A stretch of DNA of 53,496 nucleotides from Octopus sinensis (GCF_006345805.1 NW_021833884.1:1-53496), one strand, 5' to 3'. Counted from the first letter of the stretch, positions 12,036-24,740 are shown. Translations and numbers: made by a program. Notes: a model not told the origin generated them from the letters alone.

Positions 12036-12878
12036 CAGATTGCGATGAGTAAACTGTCGCCATTTTTTATTTTTAATTTCGCGCATTGTTTGCTTTTGAT
12101 TTTGTCGACTACACAGTATAGCAGGGTCAATTGGGCACCGTCTGTGAGAAAAAACAGCACCATGATGCAATTCACTCTGCAAGAAATTTAGAAGCAACAT
12201 GCTGTACTGCTTGTCATTCGCGCTGGAAATTCCAGTACGAACATTTCAGAGTGTTTGGGTGTCAATCTGTGGGCAGTGCCATCTGAAGACATGTACCGAG
12301 AGTGATAAAAATCAAACATCCAGTCAACATAATGATGTTTGGGATCATCACTTGTGTTGGTGACGTTATGCCTCCATTCATCTTCCAACACAGCCTCAGA
12401 TTCAGCACGTAGGCCTACATCAAGTGCCTGGAGGAGGTAGTGCTGCCCTGGGTCAAGAGGGACGCTGCTGGAAGACCCTATGTCTGGCAACATGACTCTG
12501 CACCATGCGACACAAGCTGGAGAGCCCAGTCGTGACATTCAGATAGTTTAACCAACCACATCACTCTTAACATATGGCCACCAGCTGTGGGGTGCAGTTG
12601 AGCGAGAGACCAACAAAACTCCTTCTAGCACCAAAGATGAACTGAAGGCAAGGATTATGGCAGCATTCACCAACTTAAACAAAGAGACCACCCAGAAGAG
12701 TTGCAGGAGATTCCCAAGTCGTCTGGAGACCGTGGTTGAAGCCAATGGAAATTCTATTGAATAAATTTACTTTCAAAATATTTTTGTGTAATTTTGGTAA
12801 ATATATATGTTAAAATAATATGTTAATGTTACTCTCATTTTTGCGTAATTTAGACGATAGTTTATTCACCGTACACTG
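12036..12878 (+). mobile_element. Internally deleted Tc1/mariner-superfamily element, maT (DD37D)-like
   Basis: Imperfect TIRs cagattgcgatgagtaaactgtcgcc and gacgatagtttattcaccgtacactg. Fragments KHPVNIMMFGIIT..GDVMPPFIF..YIKCLEEVVLPWVKRDAAGRPYVWQHDSAP..GAVERETNK..KARIMAAF..RLETVVEANG. Confidence 0.85.
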
Positions 12879-13443
12879 TTTATATACTGTATATATACTG
12901 TGTTATTCAAAAAGAAAATAAGTCGTGGGGGTTGAGGGGTTGATCCATTCGACTAAATATTATTCAAGGCGGTGCCCCAGCATGGCCGTGGTCTCATGAA
13001 TGAAACATGCAAGTGATAAATGGCAGAAGATCATTATGTGTATAATGTAAAGCAAACTGTTGACAGAATGGTAACTACGCCGGACAAAATGCTTTTTTTC
13101 TTTTCTCGCTGCTAAATGCTGCTAAATCAAATGCTAAACCAAATGCTGCTAAATCCTGGTCGATAATATTAGTACCGGTTCAGCTCTGGGGTCAAATGTT
13201 TTTGTCTTCCCCCTTATGCCATAATTAGAAAGAATTACGTTTTGAATATATTTTCATTTATGTTCTGGCGTATATGCGTCCCTGTGTGTAATATATGTAC
13301 GTTTGTGGATGAGTTTTTTTTTACAAGTGTGTCTATAAGTTTTTTTACTTTGATATATTGATATATTTAGTGCCAAGTACATTTGGTTATCCATAAATAC
13401 GTACATATATACACGCATGCATGTATGCATCAATGTATGCATA

Positions 13444-13568
<125 letters not shown>

Positions 13569-13741
13569 TTATGAGTGGTAATGGTGTCAAAAAGACCAAA
13601 GGTGTTAGGTAATGCTGAGTAAGTGCTATGGACAGACTATAGTTAAGCTCCAGGTCCGGTGATTATGCGAACGACGAGTCCAATGTAGGTCATATATTAG
13701 CGTGCATATATATAACCATTTTCCCGCACCATCCCGCACCA

Positions 13742-13787
13742 TCTCCGATGAAGGGATGTATAAAATATCCCGGAAAGAGCTGTAAGA
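13742..13787 (+). ncRNA. Degenerate or variant type I hammerhead-like motif in a probable PLE terminal-repeat remnant
   Basis: tct-CCGATGA-a-GGGAT..ATCCC-g-GAAA-gagctGTA-aga. Stem I tct/aga and stem II GGGAT/ATCCC, with a U4C change and an imperfect stem III. Confidence 0.45.
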
Positions 13788-15434
13788 CCTTCTCTTTATA
13801 AATGTTCTGAAATCTTTCACAGCCTTGGATTTTTATCTCATTCTGTTAATTTTATATATATATATATATATAAAACCAAGAAAGAAAGATTAGACTTGGC
13901 CGAACATTGGTCACGTGGGGAGAGAAGAGAGAGAGGTAGAGGCAGAGGAGCAGAAGAATTAAGGAGGGGTGAGAAAAAATGACAGGGACACAGTGAAGTG
14001 AAAAGAGGAAGGAAATTGAGCAAGGAGAGAAGGCAGGTAAATGTGAGAGAGGGGGAAAGAAAGAACGAACAGTGGAATGAATGAATAAGCGTGAAAGGGC
14101 TGATAGAAAAAAAGAATAAAAGAAAGAATAGATCCGTACAAGATTTAGATAAATATATACTTACATAGAAGAGACCAAAGTGTACATACAAGAAAACAAG
14201 GACGGGTCGTTCGGAGTTTTCTTTCATCAATCGAGTTCCAGATTACCTTTGCAATTTCGGCTGGTTATACTCGAGATTGCTCCAATCTGGCCAACCTCAA
14301 GGAAAAACTAAGCTAAGAGCATTAGATTCCTTGGAAGAAAGCAGCGAATGTATACGAAAACAAGGACGGAGAAAAAACGGAGAATGTTACAATAATACAA
14401 ATAACAGGACACAACAACAGTTGTCTTTCGACTAAGGACGAATTACATTAAGTTGGCGCGTGTGGAAATAAAGCCAAGTGCGCGCATGTGTGTTTTGTAA
14501 TCAATCTATATGTATAACCATGTGAATATTTCTATCCACTTTAGTTTAAATCTAATGTATTTTAGAAAAACAAAATGGAAATAAAATACCACGTCTTAAT
14601 AGACATATCTTCATGTGCGCGTGTCAACATGTCTGTGTGACAAATGTATGTGTGTGTGTCTTTGCGTGTTCGTGTGTGTGTATGTATATTTCTCTGTATG
14701 AATGTCTGCGTGCGTCTTTAGAGTGAACACCTTGGATTTAGTTAATGCATTCTAGCAAGCGGCCAAGACAAAAGTGCATGCAGCATCATGGTTATGCAAT
14801 TGCATCTGATGCCAACAGCAAGCAAAATCGTTAATAACACGTTAAAACTTTTATATCATCATAATGATGTATCGAACCGACAATATGGCGCATCCTCAAA
14901 TTTCGTCAGATTTTTCTCAGCACGCTTTACAACCGCCATCTTAATTTCTCTATTCCGTTATTCAACGCAACAATTTTTTTCTTTCTTTCATACTTTCTTT
15001 CTTTTCCCGCTTCTATGCTTCTCTCTTCCACTGTTTGTTTTTGTTGTTGTCTTTTATTTCATCTGATTATTATTCATGTTGGTTTCATTCCATTTCGTGA
15101 ACCAGTTTAAATTACCTAATCAGCATTTTTACTAGCGCCATTGTCATAGAAATTATTACCGTCACCAGAGTCGTTATAATCGCCACCACCAAAATACTCT
15201 CTCATTGTCGTCATCATCGCAATCAATCATTATCATTATTCTTGCTATTATCATCATCGTCGTTGTCGTCAGCATAGTTATTGTTCTTGTCATCACAATG
15301 AAATCATCGTCATTATCACCAACAACAGCAACAGCACCAGCAACTGTCGCATGATATTATCATTTTTATTATAAGCAAGCAATATATAGTAATATATGAC
15401 TGTAATATGATTACTTTCTTTGTTCTTGTTCTTC

Positions 15435-15590
15435 CGGCAGAATCGATAGCACGCCGGGCAAAATGCTTTGCGCTGTTTCGTCAGTCTTTATGCTGTGAGT
15501 TCAAATTCTGCCAAAATCGACTTTGATTTTCCTTCTTTTGGGGTCCATGTAATCGACTTACTCCCTCTGACCTTGTGTCAAAATTTGAAA
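15435..15590 (+). mobile_element. SINE family A
   Basis: ggcagaatcgatagcacgccgggcaaaatgc..gagttcaaattctgcc..ccttgtgtcaaaatttgaaa tail. Confidence 0.8.
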
Positions 15591-15624
15591 TCATCATTAT
15601 TATTATTATTATTATTATTAGTAT

Positions 15625-15856
15625 TAAGGTGGTGTGCTGGCAGAATCATTAGCACACCGTGCGAAATGCTGAGTGGTATTTCGTTGCCGCTACGTTCTGA
15701 GTTCAGATTCCGCCGAGATCAACCTTCCTTTTCATCCTTTTGGGGTCGATTAAATAAGTACCAGTTAATCACTGGGATTAATGTAATCGACTTAATCCCT
15801 TTGTCTGTCCTTGTTTGTCCCCTCTATGTTTAGCCCCTTGTGGGCAATAAAGAAAT
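15625..15856 (+). mobile_element. SINE family A, full length, with Tx1-like 3' tail
   Basis: aaggtggtgtgctggcagaatcattagcacaccg..gagttcagattccgccgagatc..tagccccttgtgggcaataaagaaata, then (TTA)n. Confidence 0.88.
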
Positions 15857-15857
15857 A

Positions 15858-15903
<46 letters not shown>

Positions 15904-16010
15904 GATAATATTTATGATGGGGAATTGACAGGACCATTAGAGAATTGATCACAACGATAATGTTTCATGGTACATCTCTTGAATGTTTATGTTCTGAGTT
16001 CAAAACCCTC

Positions 16011-16154
16011 AGAGGCCAATTTTTCTTTTTATGCAACGGTGACCGCGAACGTAAGTCTTCCTTAGCACCCGATTCTTCCTTTAAGGCGTCAGCGACAGAA
16101 CACGGAGTGACAGGCCGCACTGTCGCCAGCCGGATCGGGTCGAGCACGAGCACA
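16011..16154 (-). mobile_element. Unidentified 144-bp GC-rich insertion with a 14-bp target-site duplication
   Basis: agttcaaaaccctc at 15997-16010 and again at 16155-16168. A-rich stretch near the minus-strand 3' end (cataaaaagaaaaa). Confidence 0.65.
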
Positions 16155-16370
16155 AGTTCAAAACCCTCTATTATGCTTTTGATAAAACGAAGTACCAATG
16201 AAGCAACGGGCGTCGAGATAATCAATGATTCTTCCCCTAAATTTTTGGTCTTTTAGTTATATTATAATCAATTATTAATAAGAAGCTTTTTAAAACGACT
16301 ACAGTAATTCCTCATCATATCGCGGTTCACCTATCGCGTTTATTATTTAAACTTACGTCCGACTAATAAA

Positions 16371-16404
<34 letters not shown>

Positions 16405-16408
<4 letters not shown>

Positions 16409-16585
16409 TGGGGAGAATTCACGAAAAAACAAAAGACGAAGACAGATGGTGTAGAAAACAAACAGATAACGCTCAGGAAATGAAAAAGCCTTTTACGTCT
16501 CAAGCCTACGCTCTTCTACAGAAAGGAACATAGAAAGAAACAAGGAGAGAAAAAAATGTGTGTAGTGGCTACCGATCTATCATGG

Positions 16586-16590
<5 letters not shown>
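16405..16590 (-). mobile_element. Probable PLE terminal-repeat remnant with a decayed hammerhead-like motif
   Basis: The minus strand has cttt-ctgtagaa-gag-cgtagg-ctt-gagac-gta-aaag (stem I cttt/aaag, GAAA mutated) and is flanked by (TA)n. Confidence 0.45.
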
Positions 16591-16641
<51 letters not shown>

Positions 16642-16645
<4 letters not shown>

Positions 16646-16744
16646 TAGAAGAAATGAGGTACTCAGAAGATCGGATGGTTATATTTACAGATATCTGTAA
16701 ATATAAACCAACCGATCTTCTGAGTACCTCATTTCTTCTAATAT
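16642..16744. repeat. Spacer-less palindrome of ~103 bp
   Basis: atattagaagaaatgaggtactcagaagatcgg..tacagat|atctgta..ccgatcttctgagtacctcatttcttctaatat, with 1 mismatch and 1 indel. Confidence 0.92.
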
Positions 16745-18784
16745 ATAATACCTGTACATCATCTCCAAACCTTCCAATATATATATATATGCATATATCA
16801 GACAGAAAGACACTCGGTGTGTTTATGTACAGTTTCCAGTACGGGTACCAAATTTTCACTCACAAATTTTGGTCAAACCTTTGATGGAAGAGACTTGCTC
16901 AACGTGCCGTGCAACTGAATCGAACCTCGGATCCATGTTTTTTTGCAAAGCAAACGTTTAGCAACATCGCTATGGCTAACGGTGAATATATGAACTCAAG
17001 CCATTCCTGCTTTCCCCCCCCCCACCTCCACCAAAGCACATTATCGATATAAGTAGAGAGAAAAGATTTCTAGTGTTATTCGAAGGATGTTTTGTTTTTT
17101 TTGCTTTCTATAAGATTAACCAAAATCCTATATTTTCTCTCCAGAATATTCTTCGTAGAATATCTCTTCAGTGACATTTTCCCTTACTAATTTATTTTCT
17201 TCTTTTTACTTCCCAAGCTTGCTATTTCAGTTGGCATGCAGATCATAATCGATCTTTACTATATTTAATTGGATAAAGTAAATCGAATTCCTGACCAGAC
17301 TTGCACAGACTTTTCGCACGATCTTCCATCTCAAAGATTTTATTTCATTCGGGGAGTTAATAGTCCAAATCCAAAATACTGTATTCAAAAGCTGAATAGA
17401 TTAACTAGTGTAGCCGTTGCGTCAAATCCAGATTCTTTAGATAAATTTCCCATGGAACCAACAAAATCTGTTTTTTTTTTTTAGTGGATTTTCTCTCGTT
17501 TTGGTCTGTTTAACGTTCGTTCTAATTTGCGTTGAGGAAATTGCTCATTTTATAGAGAAAATAGATCAAATCCAATAATTGACATATTTTTTTTTTTAGC
17601 TAGAATTATATTCATTAAGTTCCTTAAAACACTTTCACGAAAATGTATCTTTTTGGAGCCAACGAACTGGCTTCTGCGTGTTTGCTTGCTCAGACTGTTA
17701 AAAGTAACACTCCAAATTCCCCTCACAGCACACCTTGCCATCTTAAGAAACGAATGACAACTTGGATAATGTAGTACTAGACATATCTGAAAATAAAATG
17801 GAACTCCTTCGGTTTGGGTGTATTGACTATAGGTCTGTTTGATCAAAAACGATCTGGAGTTAAACAAGAACAATTATAACAGCAAAACGAAAACAACAGC
17901 TACAGCCGCAGCTATCTACTTAGCTATTTTGGCTATATTTTGATCTGAAACCACATAGGGATCAACTTGGCCTTATATCACCCCAGAAATCAATAAAATG
18001 AATACGAAATAAATGAAGGGTCAATTCAACTGTTTATTCCCCATCGCTGCATATTCCATTGTGGATTTCAATAAAGCAAAAATAATAGATTGATTCGACG
18101 CTGACTAACATAATATTATTTGCTTGCCATTTTCTCTTAATATATTTGTATAAAAAAGATATTGTTTATAACCTGTGAAGAACCTCTGTCAGATAATAAA
18201 ACTCCATCGGTCAATAACACTGTCCATAAGCTTTAATAGATATCTCATATCATGCAACTGTGACATTATCCAAAATATTTAATGGTTATATTAGATCATA
18301 AAACGACAGGGCCACAGCATAGTCCAAAACCTGTGACGGCTCTGTCATGCTATAGAACTGGTCTGATATGTGGCATTATCCAAAAGCTTTGATGTCCTTC
18401 GCATATCGTAATACTGGATGGTCTGTAACATTGTTAATAATTTTGGGCTAGTTCCGTACCATTATTCATAATGTCTTTTAAGACCATATTGGATTGTAAC
18501 TCTGTCTATAGCTTCAGATGACCCAACCAGATCATAATGTTCAGCTGGTCAGTGACATTGTCCATGATCCATGATATCCCAATAAGGTCATAAGGCTGTA
18601 CTGTTCAGTGATGTTTGTTAAAATTTCTAGTGAAGCTTTCAAACCTTAAGTTTGAACAGAAGTGGAACATTATCAGTTAATTAGAAACTGGAAGAGTTTG
18701 AGGTTACATCATAATATTATGGGATTACGTAACAGAAAAATAATAGATTTCTGTCGGGCATCGGTGACAGTATTATATAAAATA

Positions 18785-19025
18785 GTACTTGTTGCTGTTG
18801 TTGTTGGTGGTGGTGGTGCTTCTGTTTGTTGGTGTTGCTGCTGCTGTTGTTGTAGTTGCTGTTGTTGCTGTTGCTGCTACTGTTGTTGCCGTTGTTGTTG
18901 TTGTTTTTGTTGTTGTTGTTGTTGTTGTTGTTGCTGTTGTTGCTGTTGTTGTTGTTGTTGTTGTTGTTGTTGTGTTGTTGTTGCTGCTGCTGCTGCTGTT
19001 GTTGTTGTTGTTTTTGTTGTTGTTT
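18785..19025. repeat. (GTT)/(GCT) microsatellite
   Basis: Direct reading. Confidence 0.95.
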
Positions 19026-19239
19026 AGGCCTTAGTCTACTCTGATGCAAGACCAAGAGACCCATGGCCAAAACTATTCCAGTTGTAATCCCTCGGTCTTT
19101 GGCTTTTCCTCAATTTGGAGTTAAACAAGGACAATTATAACAGCAAAACGAAAAAAAACCCATTATCCTAATACGCTCTACAAATCCATATCCTAATACG
19201 CTCAGCGCTTGTAGTGTTTCGCTAAAACAAATCGGATAA

Positions 19240-20000
19240 TCAATCGTTGGTAAGAAGTACAGAGCATTCTTGTATTCTTTAAAGACTGTTCGATGTGGGT
19301 TAAAGAAGTTTGCTGAGTCGATTGCACGTCTGCCACGGTGATTTATAGAAATATCTTACTGCTGATGTATGTTCATTGACTGTTGAATAAAAACCCAGTT
19401 CAAGATGTGAATGTATTAATCGATTGTAGGCCACAGGTGAGCTTTGTTGAGTATCAATAATTGTTTGGAGCTGGAATATCCGATGGTTTTGAAGAGAAGG
19501 GCTACCCGTTAGGATGCAGTTGTGGGTGCTGTAAAGATGCATGGCTGGATAAGGTTACGGAAGAATGAAGAATGAAGATTAGCATAATCTGCAAAGTAAT
19601 GGGCATCGTTAGATATGATGATAAATTGGTTATTGATGTATATAGAGGGAAGAACAGGAAACAAACCGAACCCTGTGGCATGTCGGAGTTAATGGCTTGA
19701 GAAACAGAAAGATCTACCGTCAGAACATATGGTGATAATGCGACCTGATATGAAGCTTCCTATCCAAGCGATGAGAAACGGGTTGAGCTCATGGCGAGGG
19801 GGTGCAATTTTCATCGGAGTTTTCATGACACGCAGTCGAATCTTGTGTTGATGTCTAAGGCGACACCAAATTAGATCCATCAAATTTCTCCCAGAAGAGG
19901 GCCCACGGGTGGATGACATAGAAAATATGAAGAAGACAGAGTAGTAATCATGTCTTTGATAATGAGTTTGCTCCATCGCATCTTCGCAAGGACTAAATAA
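19240..20000 (-). pseudogene. Heavily decayed APE-type LINE reverse transcriptase fragment (CR1/L2/Jockey group)
   Basis: Broken frames give LDINTRFDCVS..PFLIAWIGSFISGR..AINSDMPQGSV..LYINN..HYFADYANLH, which correspond to the LD.SKAFD.V, GVPQGS and YADD motifs. Confidence 0.7.
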
Positions 20001-21624
20001 CAAAAAAGCAACGAAACTTTGGAAAACCACAGGTAGCGTAAAGATTCTAATAAGCGCAAACTGAACATTATGAATGCCTCTAATCAGGGAACTGAGTGCT
20101 AATATTTTCCCGTTTTTCTCTCAACACACGATCAATGTTTTATGTTAAAGTTTCGCGCAAACGAATCTCTCGTTTCTTATATTCTATATTCTTCTGAGAA
20201 CAGCATTGTACAGCAGACGACTCTTTAAATTTTATTTACAGCTAGGTTCAAGTGATCCGGTGATAATCAATTGTGCCTCTCTGTCATTAAACACAGAGCA
20301 TTGTTGATGAATTGATATGAACAGTCAACCTTTTGACCAATTAGAATGCAGCGACGCAATGTATAGTGTAATGCCAACGATGCAATATGGCGCGGGATAT
20401 AACTAGATCGTTGCAAATATTTTTTTTTAATTTGGAAATGTAAGCTAAACTCTAAATGTAAAGTTTTTAAGAATTGTACTTCCTTTAGTGAATGAAAAGT
20501 CAAATATTTATTTATTTATTTTACAGTTTATTTTCTTTGTATACTGCAACATTTCGTCTGGTTCTTTACTTTGCAATTTCAAATACCGCCAAAAGGCGTG
20601 TGTTTGTGCCGGTTAGTTTGGGGTGCGAGCTGTTGACGTGTGTATATGCTTGTTGAATTGTATTCTCTTGGTATTGTATGTCCGATAAAAAATAAATAAA
20701 TAACAGGGTGTGTGTACAACTTTTCATTTCCTGTCCCCAGGATCGATAAAATAAAATATCACTTAAATAGTGATGGGAAAGACGAGATGGTCACGATTGT
20801 AACGTCTTTGATCATAGGTCTAAAAACCGGAAGTTAAAAAATAGCAACAACAACTAATACACAAAATCAGATATTTAGAATCCATTGGCATTCAAAGAAT
20901 TAATACTGTTTGTCGCTTAGCCCTAGGACAACCTTGATCAAGCAAACCTATGATCAAAGGCGTTCCAAGCGTACTTCTCCCATTTTTATTATAGACACGA
21001 TTTAGCTTTGACTACATTATTTAATGTATCTATTTTTTTACTATATTATTCAATATATCTATCCTTTTCTATATTTAATACGACAGATTGTGACCTGAAA
21101 GAAATTTTTACAGTTATTTCCAGCAGATTGAGGGACCACTTAGAAGCTCCCTCGTTGGCAATCGATGTATTAATGTTTTTGAAATGCAGCGTAGCATGAA
21201 CAGCAAGACCAATGAATATATTACATCTACCGAAGTCGTATTCAGTGAGTGCTGGCACATAATAGATAAATCTAGTCCGGACATTAACATATACATTAAG
21301 AACTATTTTATTCGGAACCAACGCTACAAATACACGAGGACAGTACATGCGACAAACAATACAAAACCAAGAATATATTCTTTCCCACCTCTCCTAGCTT
21401 AGAGCGTCTGTTGAAGAATAACTGCCGGTTTTGAATTAGACCTGTTGAAAACGGTCCAGAGATTGCCATATAGTTTTCACAATCGATGCTGTAGTAAAAA
21501 GCTTCATTTGGTATTCTAACAAGAGCTGAGAAAATGGAGAAAGTTTATCGATGTTTGGTTTGTGTGTACATATGTATTGTGTGTGTGTTTCGTATGTTGA
21601 GTGTTGTATGTATATATGTATGTG

Positions 21625-21706
<82 letters not shown>

Positions 21707-21926
21707 GTATGTGTGCGTGTGTGTATGTGCGCGTGTGTGTATGTATGTATGTATGTATGTATGTATGTATGTATGTATTGCGTGATTGCGTGCAAGGTGT
21801 ATATATATATATACACATATATATATATGTATACATACATATATATATGCATACATATATATGTGTGTGTCTATATGTATATATATATCTATATATGGAT
21901 TGCGTGATTACGTGATTGCGTGCATG

Positions 21927-21973
<47 letters not shown>

Positions 21974-22565
21974 TATATATATGTGTGTGTGTATATATAT
22001 GTATATATATATATGCAATATATATATATATATATGTGCGCTGTGAGTGTGTCCGTGCTGTGCGTAGAGGCGGTTCTTGACTTGTCTTTTCTGTTTCTTT
22101 ATATCTTTATTATCAAAAAACGGTGATCGTTCTCCTTATCGTCATAGTTATATAACCAAGAGGCGTAACGAAGCGTCATCGCGCCCAGAGCCAATCAATA
22201 ATCGACGCCCATAAAGCCAGTATTCTTTACAATTGCTGTTAATTCCAAAAATGGTACTCGATCTTGTTACTCAGAATAACACGGATATACTTTCAATAGC
22301 TTTATTTCATGACAAATGAAATCGCGTTGTATATCATACATACGTAATACGCATAAAACATTAATTAATACATCTGCAATAAACCGATATAAATATGTGT
22401 CCACGTTTATTGCAATGACATCATTCTAACTTTATATTAGTTTAAAGCAACGGTCTTGTTTGTATTAATTTTGGGCTATTTTCATCAATAGTTTCAAATT
22501 ATATTTTAATAATGTATTTTTCTTAATTTTGGTAATACAAGTGTATCGATATCATCTTCAGAATT

Positions 22566-22760
22566 TAAGGCAGCGAACTGGCAGAATCGTCAGCATGCCG
22601 GGCAACATGTTTAGCAGCATTTCGACTATCTTTCGGTTCTGAGTTCAAATTCCGCTAAGGTCGACTTTGCCTTTCATCCTTTCAGAACCGATAAAATAAG
22701 TACATCAGGGATCGCTGTAACAGAAGTTGCTGGCCTTGTGCCGAAATTTGAAACCAATTT
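22566..22760 (+). mobile_element. SINE family A
   Basis: aaggcagcgaactggcagaatcgtcagcatgccgggc..gagttcaaattccgctaaggtcgactttgcc..ggccttgtgccgaaatttgaaacc. Confidence 0.88.
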
Positions 22761-22804
22761 TATCATCAGACTGTATTTTCAGTTTCTTCATGCTGAAGTA
22801 AAGG

Positions 22805-23126
22805 AACACTCCGTCGGTTATGACGACGAGGGTCCCAGCTGACTCGATCAACGGAACAGCTTACTCTTGAAATTAACGTGCAAGTGGCTGAGCACTCCAC
22901 AGACACGTGTACTCCTAACGTAGTTCTCAGGTAGATTCAGTATGACACAAAGTGTGACGAGGTTGGACCTTTGAAATTCATGTACTACTTATCTTTGTCA
23001 GCGAAGTGAACTGGAGCAACATGAAATAAAGTGTCTTGCTCAAGGACACAACGCGTCACCGGGATTTGAACTCACGACTTAAGATCGTAAGCCAGTTGCT
23101 CTAACCACTAAGCCACGTGCAAACAC
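22805..23126 (-). mobile_element. SINE family C (tRNA head plus CORE-like block)
   Basis: Minus strand: cacgTGGCTTAGTGGttagagc..GAGTTCAAATCCcggtgacgcgttgtgtccttgagcaagacacttt. A and B boxes are clear. Confidence 0.85.
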
Positions 23127-23482
23127 TATATGTTGAAGATAGGAATTAAAATCATTAGGCAATCAACTTTTCTTACTTATGTAGACATTGTTATAAATTC
23201 AGTTAAAAATACATTATATGTATATATTAATACACATCGACATATAAAATATATATGAATATTTAAATATATATATATATAATTATATATAAAAATATAT
23301 TTAAATAAAATATACGTGAGATGTGTATGGAAAAAAGTGAGGAAAAGAGAACTAGTAAAAATTTTTCAATACTGAAATTAAGAGCAGTTACGAGTAACTA
23401 AAAATTCCAATTAATAAACTAATAAATTGCGTATGTAAAAAGAAATGTGATTGCCCAATTTGAGTTTTTATTTTAATTCATA

Positions 23483-23979
23483 CTAGCAATATCGCCCGAC
23501 GTTGCTCGGGTTTGTAAGGGAAATAACTATATAAGCATTTTTAGAGAGTTATAGCCAAAACATAGCAACAAAGTGCATTAAAAATGGAAAAAAATGATGG
23601 TAAATTTTTTTTTAAATCGTTGACTCTTCGTAGACATTTTTAGAGAGTTATAGCCAAAACATAGCAACAAAGTGCATTAAAAATGGAAAAAAATGATGGT
23701 AAATTTTTTTTTAAATCGTTGACTCTTCGTAGACATTTTTAGAGAGTTACTTCCCTTATGTAATAGCGAAAACATGCATTAAAATGGAAAAAAAATGATG
23801 GTAAATTATTTTTAAAATCGTAGACTCATCGTAGACGCGCGCTAATACCCAGAAGGGCTCGATATGAATCACGACTGTAAGATACCCGGTTTTGGTTAAA
23901 CTGCACCGCAAAATGTGGGAGTAGTTAGGAATCTAAATCGTAGGAGACAGACACACAACCTTACTTTTATATATAAAGA
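23483..23979 (-). mobile_element. Non-autonomous Helitron (~497 bp)
   Basis: The minus strand starts A|TC and ends with the hairpin CCCGA-gcaacg-TCGGG a few nt before CTAG|T, the canonical Helitron termini and A-T target. Confidence 0.82.
23536..23836. repeat. 99-bp tandem repeat, 3 copies, inside the Helitron
   Basis: catttttagagagtt starts at 23536, 23635 and 23734. The third copy is diverged. Confidence 0.92.
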
Positions 23980-24057
23980 TATATATATATATATATAAAA
24001 CATTATTGGTGAATTGAAGAAATGGAGCTGAACGCAGATTGAACAGAAATCGTTTTA

Positions 24058-24147
24058 TTTCATTCTACACGTGTTTCGAAAGGCACAAATTACCAAAATC
24101 CGATTGAATAATGGGACCATATTGTGTCTTTCTCTTCAGGAAGAAAA
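24058..24147 (-). ncRNA. Type I hammerhead ribozyme, left PLE arm
   Basis: Reverse complement of the motif at 27632-27721 (CUGAAGA at 24139-24133, GUA at 24068-24066). Confidence 0.85.
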
Positions 24148-24740
24148 AGGAAATCCGTTGGAAAAACAAAAACAGAACAGATGCGGAGCAAAAACAAATC
24201 GAACTAAGCTCCTAAGAGCCCATGGCGAAACTGTTTATCAGTGTATGTTGAGAACCGGTGGCTGAAGAATTCAACGGGTCAGGCATCGGTCAATCATGTG
24301 GGTGAGGGTGTATAGATGTTCTTTGTGACCGAGAATAAAGTTCTGACTATTTAAGGAATATTGGATGTTTTATAAGGGGCGAGAAAAAATCTACTTAGAG
24401 ACGTGTGTGTGTGTATACTGTTCTATATATATGTGTGTGTTGGCGTAGGGGTAGAAAACATTTTTTGTGTACGTGTGTGCGTTTGATCGTTCGGCTGTCA
24501 GTGGCTACTGCCGTGATAACCGTTGGGTGGCAGAAAGAAAAAAAATATATATATATTATGTTTTATGTGTGTGTGTGTTCATCTAAGCCTGCCTTGTCAA
24601 GGAAACCCCCGCTGTGAAAAAACCAAGCCCCGTTTGTCTTACAGGAGTAATTCCCCTTGCAGTGGTTAATCGTAGATATCTTAAAGGCTATTTCAGAATT
24701 TGTTACCAAGGGCTATGGGTACCGGTATTATTTATAAACG

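Noticed and set aside
14160-14450. Possible further PLE terminal remnant with a stem-II-like hairpin before GAAA on the minus strand
   Set aside because: The core and the cleavage triplet could not be reconstructed.
18150-18650. Possible very old CR1-type RT remnant on the minus strand (DLVGSSEAIDRV, LRYAKDIK)
   Set aside because: The motif similarity is too weak to support without a profile search.
22805-23126. Possible tRNA gene
   Set aside because: The A and B boxes run straight into a SINE body with no acceptor stem, so this is a SINE head.
24219-24255. Second hammerhead-like string antisense to the PLE (cctaagagcccatggcgaaactgtttatcagtg)
   Set aside because: CUGANGA is not intact, position 17 is G, and no stem I forms.
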